Below are positions 38,629-50,330 of a stretch of DNA of 64,000 bases, in pieces. The notes below the pieces were generated by a model that was not told the DNA's origin, ran no database searches, and worked only from the letters and a program-made list of their open reading frames with translations. The position numbers were made by a program, and so were the translations under genes. Source of the stretch: Aliidongia sp. (GTDB lineage Bacteria; Pseudomonadota; Alphaproteobacteria; ATCC43930; CGMCC-115725); assembly GCA_036821645.1 (NCBI GenBank), contig DAISJD010000001.1, forward strand, positions 1,700 to 65,699. Reading direction: 5' to 3'. How positions within the stretch are numbered: the stretch's first letter is position 1; each line of letters begins with the position of its first letter.

Positions 38629-39218
38629 GATTGATCCCTACCGATCTGACGGGCTACGTACCGCGCCAGCATGTCAATCTCAATATTCACGGCAGATCCG
38701 ACATCAAGCCAGCCAAAACAAGTCTCGGCCTGGGTATGTGGGATAATATTCACCGCAAAATGCCGCCCCTCTACGGTATTGACCGTCAAAGAGACGCCGT
38801 CGATGGCAACGGACCCTTTGCGGGCAATGTAAGGGGCAAGCCGATCCGGCACCGCAACCTCAAAGCGCACGGACTCATGATCGGGTGTCCGCGACACCAC
38901 GGTGCCCACCCCGTCAACATGACCCGAGACGATGTGGCCGCCCAATTCATCGCCGAGGCAGAGTGCCCGTTCCAGATTGAGCCGCGTGCCGACCTGCCAT
39001 TGCCCGACCGTCGTCAGGCCCAAGGTTTCGGCCGAAACCTGGACCTTGAACCAATCCGGCCCGGTTTCGATCACCGTCAGGCACACGCCGGAACAGGCGA
39101 TTGATGCGCCCAGAAGAATACGATCCGTGCGAAACCGGGTCTCGATCGTATAACGCGGGTCGCCATCGGGCTCGATCTGCCGAATGCGTCCGAGATCTGC
39201 AATGATTCCTGTAAACAT
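38625..39218 (-). CDS. ribE: riboflavin synthase alpha chain
   Basis: MFTGII start. Duplicated SIA(C/I)(S/D)GV(C/S)LTV motifs. Confidence 0.9.
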   Translation of the reverse strand: MFTGIIADLGRIRQIEPDGDPRYTIETRFRTDRILLGASIACSGVCLTVIETGPDWFKVQVSAETLGLTTVGQWQVGTRLNLERALCLGDELGGHIVSGHVDGVGTVVSRTPDHESVRFEVAVPDRLAPYIARKGSVAIDGVSLTVNTVEGRHFAVNIIPHTQAETCFGWLDVGSAVNIEIDMLARYVARQIGRDQS

Positions 39219-39291
39219 GCTGCCAACCTAGCCCGTTCATTCAAAAAAAGATCATGCCATTTTTGCGAAACGGCTCCGCCCGATCCCAGCC

Positions 39292-40425
39292 TTACTGCCG
39301 GACGCGCTGCACCAGATCCAGACGATCCTCGCCCAGGGTTGCGTGCCCGATCGTCTCGAAACGCACCTGATGAACAAGGCGGTCGATCGCACAGGGACCG
39401 ATCGCGGCACGGCCATCGCCGCCAATAATGCCAGGACTGCGAAACCAGGCGATCCGATCGACGAGATCCGCCCGGAGCAGGGATGCGGCCAATTCCGCCC
39501 CTCCCTCGCATAAGACCCGCGTCAATCCTCTCGCCCCCAAGGCCTGCATCATGGCGGTAAGATCGACCCGCCCTTGCGGATCGGCGGGAACGGTCAAGAC
39601 CGTAACCCGCGCCGCCTCGTAAGCCCCGATCCGATCGATTTCGGCACCGGATGACCCGTGTGGGACGGTGATCAATACACTCGGATGGCGGTTTGCCCCA
39701 CGGACGAACTGCGCACTAAGGGGTGTGCGCAGCCGACTGTCGACAATGATCCGCACCCGCGTCTCATGATCTAGACCTGCAAGGCGCAGCGTCAAGGCCG
39801 GATCGTCGGCCAGGGCCGTGCCGCTGCCGACCATGACGGCATCGTAACGCGATCGGATCGTCTGGACGAAGGTGCGGGCCTCGACCCCGGTAATCCACTG
39901 GCTTTCACCGGACCGGGTGGCGATACGCCCGTCGAACGACGTCGCCAGCTTGAGCTTCACAAGGGGACGGCCCGTCTTGACACGGCTCAAAAATCCCGCA
40001 TTGAGATGGCCCGCCTCGGTCGCCATCAGACCGATGGCGACATCGATACCGGCCGCCTGCAACAGGCCATGGCCGCGTCCGCAAACGCGCGGATCGGGAT
40101 CTTCGAGCGCCGACACGACCCGGCTCACCCCCGCCCCGATCAAGGCTTCGGCACAAGGCCCCGTCTTGCCGACATGGGCGCAAGGCTCCAAAGTCACATA
40201 GGCCGTGGCCCCCCGCGCTGCCGCCCCGGCCTCGGCCAAGGCCACCGTTTCCGCATGGGGGCGTCCGCCTGGCTGCGTCCACCCGCGGCCCACGATCCGG
40301 CCCTCGTTGATCAAGACGCATCCGACGGCCGGATTGGGGGCAACGCGCCCCAATCCACGGGCCGCAAGGGCGAGAGCCGTCGTCATCGCCGCGCGATCAT
40401 TCTCCGTCCATGACGACATCCGCAA
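39292..40425 (-). CDS. ribD: bifunctional pyrimidine deaminase / uracil reductase
   Basis: PNPAVGCVL...HAE...TLEPCAH zinc deaminase motifs plus a C-terminal reductase domain. Confidence 0.9.
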   Translation of the reverse strand: MRMSSWTENDRAAMTTALALAARGLGRVAPNPAVGCVLINEGRIVGRGWTQPGGRPHAETVALAEAGAAARGATAYVTLEPCAHVGKTGPCAEALIGAGVSRVVSALEDPDPRVCGRGHGLLQAAGIDVAIGLMATEAGHLNAGFLSRVKTGRPLVKLKLATSFDGRIATRSGESQWITGVEARTFVQTIRSRYDAVMVGSGTALADDPALTLRLAGLDHETRVRIIVDSRLRTPLSAQFVRGANRHPSVLITVPHGSSGAEIDRIGAYEAARVTVLTVPADPQGRVDLTAMMQALGARGLTRVLCEGGAELAASLLRADLVDRIAWFRSPGIIGGDGRAAIGPCAIDRLVHQVRFETIGHATLGEDRLDLVQRVRQ

Positions 40426-40487
40426 TCCTTCAAACCCATGGCGAGGCGGCGATCGTGACGATCGGCCTCACACCTTATAAGCCGCGT

Positions 40488-40958
40488 TCACAAGTCGTCA
40501 TCGCTGTCTTCTTGGCCGATGCGACCGATGAATTCGCCAAAATCCTTTGCCTCGCGGAAATCGCGATAGACGCTGGCAAACCGGACATAAGCCACCTGAT
40601 CCAACGTTGCAAGGGCTGCCATGACGCATTCGCCAATCATGGCGGTTTCAATCTCGGTCTCGCCGGAACTTTCCAACTGACGCACGATCGAATTGATAAC
40701 CCGCTCCACTTGCTCCGTATCGACTGGGCGCTTGCGTAATGATGTAAAGATGGAACGCGCCAACTTGTCACGGTCGAAGGCTTCGAGCTTGCCGTTCTTT
40801 TTAACGACGATGAGGTCGCGCAACTGAACGCGCTCGAACGTGGTAAAGCGCGCAGCACAATTGGGACAGAGCCTGCGCCTGCGGATCGCCGACCGATCGT
40901 CAGTCGGTCGCGAATCCTTGACCTGGGTATCATCGAAGCCACAAAACGGGCACCGCAT
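40488..40958 (-). CDS. nrdR: transcriptional repressor NrdR
   Basis: MRCPFCG...C..C zinc ribbon plus an ATP-cone. Trimmed to ATG 40958. Confidence 0.9.
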   Translation of the reverse strand: MRCPFCGFDDTQVKDSRPTDDRSAIRRRRLCPNCAARFTTFERVQLRDLIVVKKNGKLEAFDRDKLARSIFTSLRKRPVDTEQVERVINSIVRQLESSGETEIETAMIGECVMAALATLDQVAYVRFASVYRDFREAKDFGEFIGRIGQEDSDDDL

Positions 40959-41248
40959 GCCGGAACCCTCCCTGGAACGGTAGGCCCGAAAAACCAACCC
41001 GCCGTCGCAATTGCCGAAGGATGAAAACCGCCTAATCCGAATGAACGGGCGTTATTACCTATGTCTATACAAAAAAGAATTTATTTTTCAACGAATAAGC
41101 AGCACCTCGGCGTCGTTTTACGCACAGGTGCCACTCGACCGATTTGGTCCGCATCGGACGCCTACCACCCGGGAGACAACACCGGGCAAAGACCGGGCAA
41201 TTCTACGGGCGCACCCCAATGAGACCGATTGGGGTGCGCCCGTACCCC

Positions 41249-42550
41249 TTAGAATCCCTGATAAATCGGGTATGCATCGCAGAGTTCGGCAATTTTCTGA
41301 CGCGCCAAGGCTTCGGCCGGACCGTTATTGTCGGGATTGCTGGCAAGACCGTCCAAGACATCACCGATCAATCCGCCGATCACATGCCAATCCGCCGCCT
41401 TGAAACCGCGCGTCGTCCCGGCGGGTGTGCCCAAGCGGATCCCGGAAGTGACCATCGGCTTTTCGGGATCAAACGGAATCCCGTTTTTGTTGCAGGTCAT
41501 CCCAGCCCGCTCCAAACTCTGTTCAGCGGCGCGCCCAGTAACGCCCTTGGGACGCAGATCCACCAAAACGACATGGGAATCAGTCCCGCCAGATACGATG
41601 GCAAGCCCCCGTTGGACCAATGTCTCGGCCAATATCCGCGCATTATCGACCACGGCGGTTGCATATTCCTTAAAACCGGGACTAAGGGCTTCGCCGAAGG
41701 CGACGGCCTTCGCCGCGATGACATGCATCAAGGGCCCCCCTTGCAAACCGGGGAAGACGGCCGAGTTGATTTTCTTACCGAGATCAAGATCGTTGCTCAA
41801 GACCATCCCACCCCGCGGCCCGCGCAGAGTCTTATGAGTCGTCGTGGTTACCACATGGGCATGGGGCAAGGGGCTTGGATAGGCACCACCCGCGACAAGC
41901 CCGGCAAAATGCGCCATATCGACCATAAAAACAGCCCCGACCTCATCGGCAATCGTCCGAAACCGGGCAAAATCGATGATGCGCGGATAAGCAGAACCAC
42001 CGGCAATGATCAGTTTCGGCCGATGCGTGCGGGCAAGATCCGCCACGGCGTCGTAATCGATCAACTGATCCTCGGCACGCACCCCATAGCCGACCGCATT
42101 GAACCATTTGCCCGATTGGTTGACCGAGGCCCCGTGGGTCAGATGGCCGCCATGGGCAAGCGACATGCCTAAAATCGTATCGCCGGGCTGCAAGAGGGCC
42201 ATAAAAACCGCCTGATTGGCCTGCGCACCGGAATGGGGTTGCACATTGACATAGGCGCAGTCGAACAACCGCTTGGCCCGCTCAATCGCCAAACTTTCGG
42301 CGACATCGACGAACTCACACCCGCCATAATAGCGCTTACCCGGATAACCTTCGGCATATTTATTTGTTAAAACAGAGCCTTGCGCTTCAAGCACAGCACG
42401 CGAAACAATATTCTCTGAGGCAATCAATTCAATCTGATGCTGCTGACGCCCCAATTCATCCGTCAGCGCCGCCGCAATCTCCGGGTCGGCAAAAGCAAGG
42501 GATTGCGCGAAAAATGCCTCTTGCGAACCAGAAACGATAGTCTTGGACAT
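41249..42550 (-). CDS. glyA: serine hydroxymethyltransferase
   Basis: [39 protein letters not shown] (PLP lysine). Trimmed to ATG 42550. Confidence 0.95.
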   Translation of the reverse strand: MSKTIVSGSQEAFFAQSLAFADPEIAAALTDELGRQQHQIELIASENIVSRAVLEAQGSVLTNKYAEGYPGKRYYGGCEFVDVAESLAIERAKRLFDCAYVNVQPHSGAQANQAVFMALLQPGDTILGMSLAHGGHLTHGASVNQSGKWFNAVGYGVRAEDQLIDYDAVADLARTHRPKLIIAGGSAYPRIIDFARFRTIADEVGAVFMVDMAHFAGLVAGGAYPSPLPHAHVVTTTTHKTLRGPRGGMVLSNDLDLGKKINSAVFPGLQGGPLMHVIAAKAVAFGEALSPGFKEYATAVVDNARILAETLVQRGLAIVSGGTDSHVVLVDLRPKGVTGRAAEQSLERAGMTCNKNGIPFDPEKPMVTSGIRLGTPAGTTRGFKAADWHVIGGLIGDVLDGLASNPDNNGPAEALARQKIAELCDAYPIYQGF

Positions 42551-43205
42551 TAAAAAGAGCCTTTCCGAAGGGGGCCGCAGCACGCAGGCTGTGCTGTATC
42601 ACACGCCCGATCGCGAAGATCAGGCCGGACGACGATCGCTCAAAACGGATCGCTCGCCGCATTCGCCGCAATGGCGTCGTATTTTCTATCACATCAGGGT
42701 AGGCCGCGATAGACGGGGGCCATGGCATCTCGTTTTTGAGAATGAGCATGACGATCGCGCATGAAAAAAAATTAAATGTTTTAAATCAAATTGTTAGGAT
42801 AATTTTTTTTGCTCTTGGCAATGATTTTTCACTGTGATGGTCGCATATAGAACATAGCAGATTTGCCATCATCGGCAAAGATTGAGAATGAGGCTAATTA
42901 TTGAGCAATTTTGTTCGATTTTGTTAAAAAATCAATTTTAGCCGCGAAAAATCCTTTTTTTAAAATTCACTAGTGAGTAATTATAGTTAAAATTATATTA
43001 ATTTTCTTCGTTTTACGGATTCATGGCGGTATTTCCATCCGTTCTCGGCAAAATTAATCAAGATTTTTTAACATAAATTCATGTGCCGCAATCAGTAAAC
43101 GGTAAATTTACTTATAATTAACTCAATTCTTATTGATAGCCTGCATTGACATCAATAATATGGTTTGAGACTATAAGCCACCTAAAGAAAACACGATTAG
43201 AGAGT

Positions 43206-43664
43206 ATGAAAAACATGGATAAACCGACTGACAAGTCGACCGAAACTGGTCTTATGCGCATGACGGCCCACGTCGTTGCGGCCTATGTCAGCAACAATAG
43301 CTTGCCGAACAATCAACTCACTGGGTTGATTAATGGCGTTTACTCATCATTAAAAGCATTGGATGCTGGTGCCCCCGAGCCAAAACAAGAGCAAACACGC
43401 CCGGCAATCTCCGTTAAAAAGTCGATTACCCCGGATTATTTGGTTTGCCTTGAAGATGGTAAAAAACTGAAGATGCTGAAGCGGCATCTCAGATCAACCT
43501 ATAATATGACCCCGGAAGAATATCGCGCCAAATGGAACCTCTCGGCTGATTATCCGATGGTAGCTCCCAATTACGCAGCACAACGATCGGCATTTGCCAA
43601 AGAAATCGGCCTTGGTCGCGGCAGCAGCCGCACACCGCGGGCCAAAAATACGAGAATGAGCTAA
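43206..43664 (+). CDS. mucR: MucR/Ros family zinc-finger transcriptional regulator
   Basis: TAHVVAAYVSNN...ITPDYLVCLEDGKKLKMLKRHLRSTYNMTPEEYRAKWNL..DYPMVAPNYA is the Ros/MucR signature. Confidence 0.85.
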   Translation: MKNMDKPTDKSTETGLMRMTAHVVAAYVSNNSLPNNQLTGLINGVYSSLKALDAGAPEPKQEQTRPAISVKKSITPDYLVCLEDGKKLKMLKRHLRSTYNMTPEEYRAKWNLSADYPMVAPNYAAQRSAFAKEIGLGRGSSRTPRAKNTRMS

Positions 43665-43746
43665 GCATCCATCGATCGTCTCGGCCGTGTTTTCCGACAT
43701 CTTTCCCGATCGGCACCGATCGGGAAAGATGTGAGCTCGCCCTTGG

Positions 43747-45996
43747 TTATTCCCCACCAACCGGAAGCCAACAGGTCACGGTCGTGCCCTCGCCCGGATT
43801 GGATTCAAGCTCGACATGACCGCCATGAAGCTCAATGAACGATTTGACCAAGGATAATCCCAACCCGGCACCGGCATGGCGGGTTTTTGTGTCCCCGCGC
43901 TCGAACATATTAAAGATCCGTCCGTGATGCTCGGACGCGATCCCAACACCTGTATCATGGACGCTGATAGCCACGGACTGACCGTCGCGCCGTGCCTTTA
44001 AGGTGATGGTTCCGCCAGCCGGGGTAAACTTAACCGAATTCGTCACCAAATTGAACAAGGCCTGACGCAAGCGCCGCTCGTCACAGACCAAAAAACCGAT
44101 ATCAGGCGGACATTCAAAATGCAGCGATAGGTGCGAGCGGCGCACACGTTCCCGGCTCAGTGATAAAATACTCGCTAAAAGACCGTGTATATCGACGGAC
44201 CCACTTTCTAACTTGAACTGCCCCGCCTCGATCGTCGCAAGATCCAAAATGTCATTGACCAATGAAGAAAGACGTGAAGAGCTATCCAATATTCCTTTAC
44301 AATATTCCATCTGTTTTAGATTCAATTCACCGAAATATTGATTAGAAAGCATTTCTGCAAAACCACTAATCGCATTTAAAGGTGTCCGCAATTCATAACT
44401 GACATTGGCAATAAACTCGCTTTTCAATCCATCAGCGGTCAAAAGTTCTTCGTTTCTTTCACGCAAGAACCGTTCGACACGCACGGAATCCGTAACATCG
44501 AGATAGGTCAACAGCATATTGCCATCCGGTAAGGGGACGGCATTGATACGAACCGTCGATCCGTCTTGGCGTTCCAATTCTTTCATATAGGGGGCATAGC
44601 TTGTGGCACGACTGATGGCCTCGCGCCGGGTCGTCTCCCAATTGACCTCGTTGATATAGAGATGACGCGCTTTTTCGACCAGAAGCCCAACATGCGGCTT
44701 GCCGTTCAAATCTTCCGGCTGCAATTGCCAAATCCGGCAAAAGGCCGGATTCCAGAGTTTGAGGCGACCATCACTGCCGAAAACGGCAATGCCTTCCGAT
44801 AGATTGTCCAGGGTCTCGCGCTGAACCTCGGTCAACGTATTGTAAGACCGTTCCAAGGCAAGCTTATCGGTCACATCTTCATAGGTAAAAATTAGACCGC
44901 CGAACGGATGGCGTGCGATATGAAGACGCACCGTGCGATCGTCAGGTAAATGCAACAACTCTTCCCATGTGCCGATCAGGGACTCGAAGAGAGACACTTG
45001 TTCATGCTTGAAGCGCGGAAAATCGGCATATTCCGGTAGCAAGCGCCGCTCGCGCAGACGATCCAAGACTTCCGGCAAGGTTGGTTCCTGCTCCAACCAT
45101 TCAGGTTCAAACCGCCAAAGCCGACCAAATGCACTGTTGCTAAACAATAACCGCTTATCCGGCCCCCAAATGGCGATGGCAACATTGATCGCCTCTAAAA
45201 CTTGTTGATGGCCATGGGCCACCCTAATCAATTCCGTTTTGAGATCTTCCGTTTCCGATCGATTGAGCGCAAAGCCGAAACGGCCCTCTCCATCAAGAGA
45301 AATCTCAATTAATTCATAAGTTTGCTTGACATCTGCTTGGAGATTTTTGTGATGCCCGATGGAAACGGTCCCTTGATTGACCTTACCAACCCCACTTAAT
45401 TGGCGAACCGTTTCGGCAAGACCCGTCTCATGGGTGAAGCGGGGATTCAACCCCTGCTGCTGACCCGATTCGTCCGTGTACCAGAGCGCAATCGGTAAGG
45501 CCTGAACGACACGAGCAAGCAGCCAAAGTTTTTTTTCATTGGCTTCACGCTCCCTTAAATCTCGCTCGGCTGCACTGGCATCAGCGCACCAAATCAGATG
45601 GAACGGCCGACCGTCATTGGAATTTTCCGATTTAAAGCCGGAAAACTCCAGGACGCGACCATCAAGCGTCGTGAATTTTTCCAAAAACCGATTCTCGGTT
45701 TGGCACAAACGATGAATGGCCTGGGTTAATGCAACACCATCAACAGGTCCGAGAGAGGCCATCAGCGATGACAGGCGCAACGGCCATTTTTCATCCTGAT
45801 CTTGGCCGTCGATTCTGATCCCTTCATGGCCGTCATAATCGTAACAGACGCCCGACAGAGTCGACAGTGCTGCGACAAGAGCGCCCTTTCGCACCCTGTC
45901 TTGCCGATGACGGGGACGAATGAAGACTGCGTAAATGACGATGAGACTCATGCCGGCCAAGGCAAACGCAGCAGTCTCCTGAACCCAGTCAATCAT
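43747..45996 (-). CDS. divL: DivL-like PAS sensor kinase homolog with Tyr replacing the phospho-accepting His
   Basis: N-terminal TM, several PAS-like segments. H-box reads NVSYELRTPLNAI (TAT codon at 44395-44397) instead of SHELRTPL. An intact HATPase region follows (GLGLSLV). Confidence 0.6.
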   Translation of the reverse strand: MIDWVQETAAFALAGMSLIVIYAVFIRPRHRQDRVRKGALVAALSTLSGVCYDYDGHEGIRIDGQDQDEKWPLRLSSLMASLGPVDGVALTQAIHRLCQTENRFLEKFTTLDGRVLEFSGFKSENSNDGRPFHLIWCADASAAERDLREREANEKKLWLLARVVQALPIALWYTDESGQQQGLNPRFTHETGLAETVRQLSGVGKVNQGTVSIGHHKNLQADVKQTYELIEISLDGEGRFGFALNRSETEDLKTELIRVAHGHQQVLEAINVAIAIWGPDKRLLFSNSAFGRLWRFEPEWLEQEPTLPEVLDRLRERRLLPEYADFPRFKHEQVSLFESLIGTWEELLHLPDDRTVRLHIARHPFGGLIFTYEDVTDKLALERSYNTLTEVQRETLDNLSEGIAVFGSDGRLKLWNPAFCRIWQLQPEDLNGKPHVGLLVEKARHLYINEVNWETTRREAISRATSYAPYMKELERQDGSTVRINAVPLPDGNMLLTYLDVTDSVRVERFLRERNEELLTADGLKSEFIANVSYELRTPLNAISGFAEMLSNQYFGELNLKQMEYCKGILDSSSRLSSLVNDILDLATIEAGQFKLESGSVDIHGLLASILSLSRERVRRSHLSLHFECPPDIGFLVCDERRLRQALFNLVTNSVKFTPAGGTITLKARRDGQSVAISVHDTGVGIASEHHGRIFNMFERGDTKTRHAGAGLGLSLVKSFIELHGGHVELESNPGEGTTVTCWLPVGGE

Positions 45997-46351
45997 CGAG
46001 CGACACCCACCCCACACACGCCATAGACCCTTTGCACACTATACACGCATTTTATTGCAGCAAACCACACCATACATATCCATAGTAATTGCCACTTGAT
46101 CAAGAACAAGCCATCAAACGGTTTTTGGGAACTGGCCCGCTTCTTTCTCAAAAAGGGGTGATCTTCTTGATACAGTCTGGCCGCAGCCATCACACTCAAG
46201 AACGATAGATCGGATCATTGAGAGCCGAATGGACTGATATGCGGTGTTCGACCTAATCCATATGACATAAGCCGTCGTATGCGGCGTTCTCGAACAGCGG
46301 CACAATAATAAATTATGTGCAATTTTAAATCACGCAATTATATAATTTACA

Positions 46352-46390
46352 AAATAAAAAGCCCGATTGCCATTAACCAATCGGGCTTTT
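46352..46390 (-). terminator. rho-independent terminator downstream of ahcY (bidirectional geometry)
   Basis: GCCCGATTG-CCATTAAC-CAATCGGGC, a 9-bp stem flanked by an A-run and a T-run. On the minus strand it is followed by TTTTTATTTT. Confidence 0.6.
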
Positions 46391-46435
46391 CAACAGTCTG
46401 ATGGTTCGAACAACGGCGTTCGAACCGGTCAGCCT

Positions 46436-47731
46436 TTAATAGCGGTAATGTTCCGGCTTGAAAGGACCAACCTTGCTGATCGACAAATAATCAGCTTGTT
46501 CTTGTGTCAAGGTCGTCAAATGCACGCCGAGCTTGGCAAGATGCAAGGCCGCAACCTTTTCATCCAGATGTTTCGGCAAGACATAAACCTTACGTTCATA
46601 GCGTTCTGCATGATTGTAAAGCTCGATCTGAGCGAGCACTTGATTCGTGAAGGATGCGCTCATCACGAAGCTCGGATGACCGGTGCCGCACCCAAGATTG
46701 ACGAGACGCCCCTTGGCCAGCACGATCAGGCGCTTACCATCCGGGAACACGACTTCGTCGACCTGCGGCTTCACTTCGTCCCAGACGTAGTTCTTGAGAG
46801 ACCCAATTTGAATTTCGCTGTCGAAATGGCCGATATTGCAGACGATCGCACGATCTTTCATCTGGCGCATATGGTCGAGCGTAATGACATCCACATTGCC
46901 CGTCGCCGTCACGAAAATATCGCCGATGGATGCCGCTTCATCCATGGTGACGACCTGATAGCCTTCCATCGCCGCCTGGAGCGCGCAGATCGGATCGATC
47001 TCCGTCACCATGACGCGGGCCCCTTGGCTGCGCAAGGAGGCGGCCGATCCCTTACCGACATCGCCGAACCCGGCAACAACCGCAACCTTGCCAGCCATCA
47101 TCACGTCGGTCGCGCGCTTGATCCCGTCGACCAGGCTTTCGCGGCAGCCATAGAGATTATCGAACTTCGACTTGGTGACGCTGTCATTCACATTGATCGC
47201 AGGAACGGCAAGTTTGCCCGCCTTTTGCATTTCATAGAGACGATGCACGCCGGTCGTGGTTTCTTCGGTAATCCCACGCACATTCTTCAACAGTTCAGGA
47301 TATTTGTTGTGCAGCAGAATCGTCGCATCGCCGCCATCGTCCAGAACCATATTGGGCGTCCAGCCATCGGGTCCGCGCACGGTCTGTTCGATGCACCATT
47401 CGTACTCTTCTTCGGTCTCGCCCTTCCAGGCGAAAACAGGAATCCCTTGCGCGGCAATGGCCGCCGCCGCGTGGTCCTGGGTCGAAAAAATATTACAGGA
47501 CGACCAACGCACCGAAGCGCCCAGGGCGACCAAGGTTTCAATCAGAACAGCCGTCTGAATCGTCATGTGCAGACAGCCAATGATCCGCGCATCCTTGAGC
47601 GGCTTCGAGGCGCCGAATTCAGTGCGCAGAGCCATAAGGCCCGGCATCTCGGTCTCGGCAATCGCAATTTCTTTGCGACCCCAATCCGCCAGAGTGATGT
47701 CAGCGACCTTATAGTCGGTGAAACTCGACAT
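46436..47731 (-). CDS. ahcY: adenosylhomocysteinase
   Basis: [37 protein letters not shown] motif, C-terminal ...KPEHYRY. Confidence 0.95.
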   Translation of the reverse strand: MSSFTDYKVADITLADWGRKEIAIAETEMPGLMALRTEFGASKPLKDARIIGCLHMTIQTAVLIETLVALGASVRWSSCNIFSTQDHAAAAIAAQGIPVFAWKGETEEEYEWCIEQTVRGPDGWTPNMVLDDGGDATILLHNKYPELLKNVRGITEETTTGVHRLYEMQKAGKLAVPAINVNDSVTKSKFDNLYGCRESLVDGIKRATDVMMAGKVAVVAGFGDVGKGSAASLRSQGARVMVTEIDPICALQAAMEGYQVVTMDEAASIGDIFVTATGNVDVITLDHMRQMKDRAIVCNIGHFDSEIQIGSLKNYVWDEVKPQVDEVVFPDGKRLIVLAKGRLVNLGCGTGHPSFVMSASFTNQVLAQIELYNHAERYERKVYVLPKHLDEKVAALHLAKLGVHLTTLTQEQADYLSISKVGPFKPEHYRY

Positions 47732-47913
47732 GCCTTTCTCCAATCCAAGGCGGGCAAAACCGGATAGACCCGCAACATCTTATGGCCCTATACCAGCAGT
47801 CAACCGGAAGAGCAACCCACCCCGACAACACACCCGGCTTGCATCATGTCCCGTGGCCCGATATCGTCGCCCGACCCTGTGCCACCTATTTTCAAAACGG
47901 AGATGACAGACCG

Positions 47914-48210
47914 ATGAACGATGTGAATACCGATAGAACTAAAAACAAATCCGGCGATGTCGGCGGTGTCGCCGCCGATCAGTTGCGCACCATCATCGAT
48001 CGGATCGAACGATTAGAAGAAGAAAAAAAGGCCCTGTCGGAAGATATAAAGGACGTTTATGCCGAGGCCAAAGGAAACGGCTTCGATGTTAAAATCATCA
48101 AGAAAATCATCTCGATGCGTAAACGGGACCGCAACGAACTCGACGAAGAAGAAACGATGCTCGAAATCTATATGCGGGCCCTGGGCATGTTGCCCGACAT
48201 AGACGAATAA
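47914..48210 (+). CDS. gapR: GapR-like DUF2312 nucleoid-associated protein
   Basis: [49 protein letters not shown] matches the DUF2312/UPF0335 pattern. Trimmed to ATG 47914. Confidence 0.75.
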   Translation: MNDVNTDRTKNKSGDVGGVAADQLRTIIDRIERLEEEKKALSEDIKDVYAEAKGNGFDVKIIKKIISMRKRDRNELDEEETMLEIYMRALGMLPDIDE

Positions 48211-48297
48211 CCCGTTTTAGAAAAGCGCACCGTACGAGGATCCCGGTTCGCTTTTCCAAAAGCCATCGCCGCGACACCGCCGGTCGTCGGCCCCGTG

Positions 48298-49044
48298 CTA
48301 AAAACAAAGCCCCTTGCCCTCGCGCAAAATCTTTTGGGCCTCTTCGGTATAGGACCCATCGTCTCGGTGCAGGATCAAACCGGCCGCAAGGCGAAAGGGC
48401 GTGCGCACCCCGACCCGCGCGCGCACCAAAACCCGACCGGCAGGCCTGCCCGCCTTGGGCCAGAGCGGAAAGACGACGATTTCCCCCGCGCGTCCTTTGA
48501 GGGCTGCGATCACATCATCCAAGCGATCCGCCCGGTGCACGACCGTAATCCGCCCTTTGGGGCGCACCCACGTGACGGCTCGCCTGATCCAATCAGCAAA
48601 ATCGAGCCCTTGCTCCCCAACCGCAAGACGGCGGGCCTCGCCATCGGGGAGGGTCGCATGACCTGCTGCGAGATAGGGTGGGTTTGCCATCACCTGGTCG
48701 AAGCCCCCCGATGGCAATTCGGGGTGCGGGTCTCTGAGATTGCCCGCAAAAAACCGGACCCGATCGCCAACCCCGTTCAAAACCGCATTCGCCACCGCAA
48801 GTTCGACGAGGTCCGCTTGCCGATCAAGCCCGGTGTGATCGAGTCCAGAGAGTCGGTTTGCCAAACAAAGCGTCGCAAGCCCCGTCCCCGCACCCAATTC
48901 CAGAATCCGCTCGCCCGGTGCAGCCTCGATGGCAGCAGCCAGAAAAACCGGGTCGATCGCCGCCCGAAACCCGTTCATGGGTTGTCGCAATCGCACCCGG
49001 CCACCCAAAAAAAGATCTTCGCTGATCATCGGATTATTGGTCAT
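48298..49044 (-). CDS. class I SAM-dependent methyltransferase (N6-adenine type, TrmN6/YfiC-like)
   Basis: ILELGAGTGL SAM motif and NPPY catalytic motif. Confidence 0.7.
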   Translation of the reverse strand: MTNNPMISEDLFLGGRVRLRQPMNGFRAAIDPVFLAAAIEAAPGERILELGAGTGLATLCLANRLSGLDHTGLDRQADLVELAVANAVLNGVGDRVRFFAGNLRDPHPELPSGGFDQVMANPPYLAAGHATLPDGEARRLAVGEQGLDFADWIRRAVTWVRPKGRITVVHRADRLDDVIAALKGRAGEIVVFPLWPKAGRPAGRVLVRARVGVRTPFRLAAGLILHRDDGSYTEEAQKILREGKGLCF

Positions 49045-49283
49045 AGTCCGATTCTTAACCTATCTTGCGCGCTAGTACCACCCATCCGGTGCGCCATGGC
49101 GGGGCACGATGACGCTTGATCGATCCTGCCGTCTGGTGCATAGACAGGGCCGGTAGATCGGATTGTCGATTCTATCGGTCAGTCGGCATATGGATAGCGG
49201 TGACAGGCGGGGCTTGACCCGTCGCACGTTCTCTCTATGCTGGCTCATGTGTTGGCGCCTTCGGCAGATCCGGGGCATATTGG

Positions 49284-50330
49284 TTGAACAGGGAGTATGA
49301 CGCGTTGGCAGCGATGCCCGACACCATAGCGACGGAAAACCGCCAGAATGCGGCGGCCGACATCAGTGCGCTGACATCTCTCGTTGCCGACGATCTGGAC
49401 CGTGTCAATCATTTGATCCTCGACCGGATGCACAGTCCCGTCGCCCTCATCCCGCAATTGGCGGGCCATATCATTTCGGCCGGCGGCAAACGTCTGCGCC
49501 CCATGTTGACCTTGGCCGCGGCCAAACTCTGCGCGTACACGGGCGAGCGCCACTTGGCTTTGGCGGCGGCCGTTGAATTCATTCATACGGCGACCCTGCT
49601 TCACGACGATGTCGTCGATGCATCCGATCTGCGACGCGGCCTTGCCACGGCGAATGCCGTTTGGGGCAACAAACCGTCGGTGCTCGTCGGCGACTTTCTG
49701 TTTAGCCGCGCCTTTCAGTTGATGGTCGAAGACGGCTCTCTCGACGTGTTGCGCATTCTTTCTGCCGCGTCCGCCGTCATTGCCGAGGGCGAGGTGCTGC
49801 AACTCATCACCGCCAACGATATCGCCACGACGCAAACCGCGTATCTTCAGGTGATCGACGCCAAGACTGCCGCTCTTTTCGCGGCGGCAAGCGAAGTCGG
49901 TGCCGTGGTGGCCGGTCGGTCGTCCCAAGAAACCGCAGCCCTGGCGCAATTCGGTCGCGACCTCGGCATGGCCTTTCAGTTGATCGATGACATGCTCGAC
50001 TACTCCGCACGCGAGGCGGAGTTAGGCAAATCCGTCGGGGACGATTTCCGCGACGGCAAGATGACGCTACCCGTCGTACTCGCCATCGAACGCGCCTCGG
50101 ACGAAGAGCGGCGCTTTTGGCAACGGACCCTTGAAGAGCAGCAGCAAGAGGATGGCGATCTTGCCCACGCCATCGCCCTCATGAACAAACATGGCACCCT
50201 GGCCGAAACCCTGGAACGGGCCCGCGTTTATGGGGCCTCGGCCAGCAATGCGCTTGCCATTTTCCCGGATGTCCCGGCACGACGCGCCTTGCTTGACGTG
50301 GTGCGTTTTTGTCTTCATCGCGGCTATTGA
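49284..50330 (+). CDS. ispB: polyprenyl (octaprenyl-type) diphosphate synthase
   Basis: GGKRLRP, LLHDDVVD and DDMLD aspartate-rich motifs. The start could instead be ATG 49314. Confidence 0.8.
   Translation: MNREYDALAAMPDTIATENRQNAAADISALTSLVADDLDRVNHLILDRMHSPVALIPQLAGHIISAGGKRLRPMLTLAAAKLCAYTGERHLALAAAVEFIHTATLLHDDVVDASDLRRGLATANAVWGNKPSVLVGDFLFSRAFQLMVEDGSLDVLRILSAASAVIAEGEVLQLITANDIATTQTAYLQVIDAKTAALFAAASEVGAVVAGRSSQETAALAQFGRDLGMAFQLIDDMLDYSAREAELGKSVGDDFRDGKMTLPVVLAIERASDEERRFWQRTLEEQQQEDGDLAHAIALMNKHGTLAETLERARVYGASASNALAIFPDVPARRALLDVVRFCLHRGY

Noticed and set aside
42551-42760. ZTP (pfl) or other riboswitch upstream of glyA.
   Set aside because: The GGGUCGUGAC... and CCGCCUGGGC signature blocks are absent from the leader. 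Only generic hairpins are seen.
47732-47913. SAH riboswitch upstream of ahcY.
   Set aside because: The leader lacks the AGGAGCGCUGC / GGCUCAGGAAC / AACGGCGCUCAC-type conserved segments as I remember them. A covariance-model scan would be needed to be certain.
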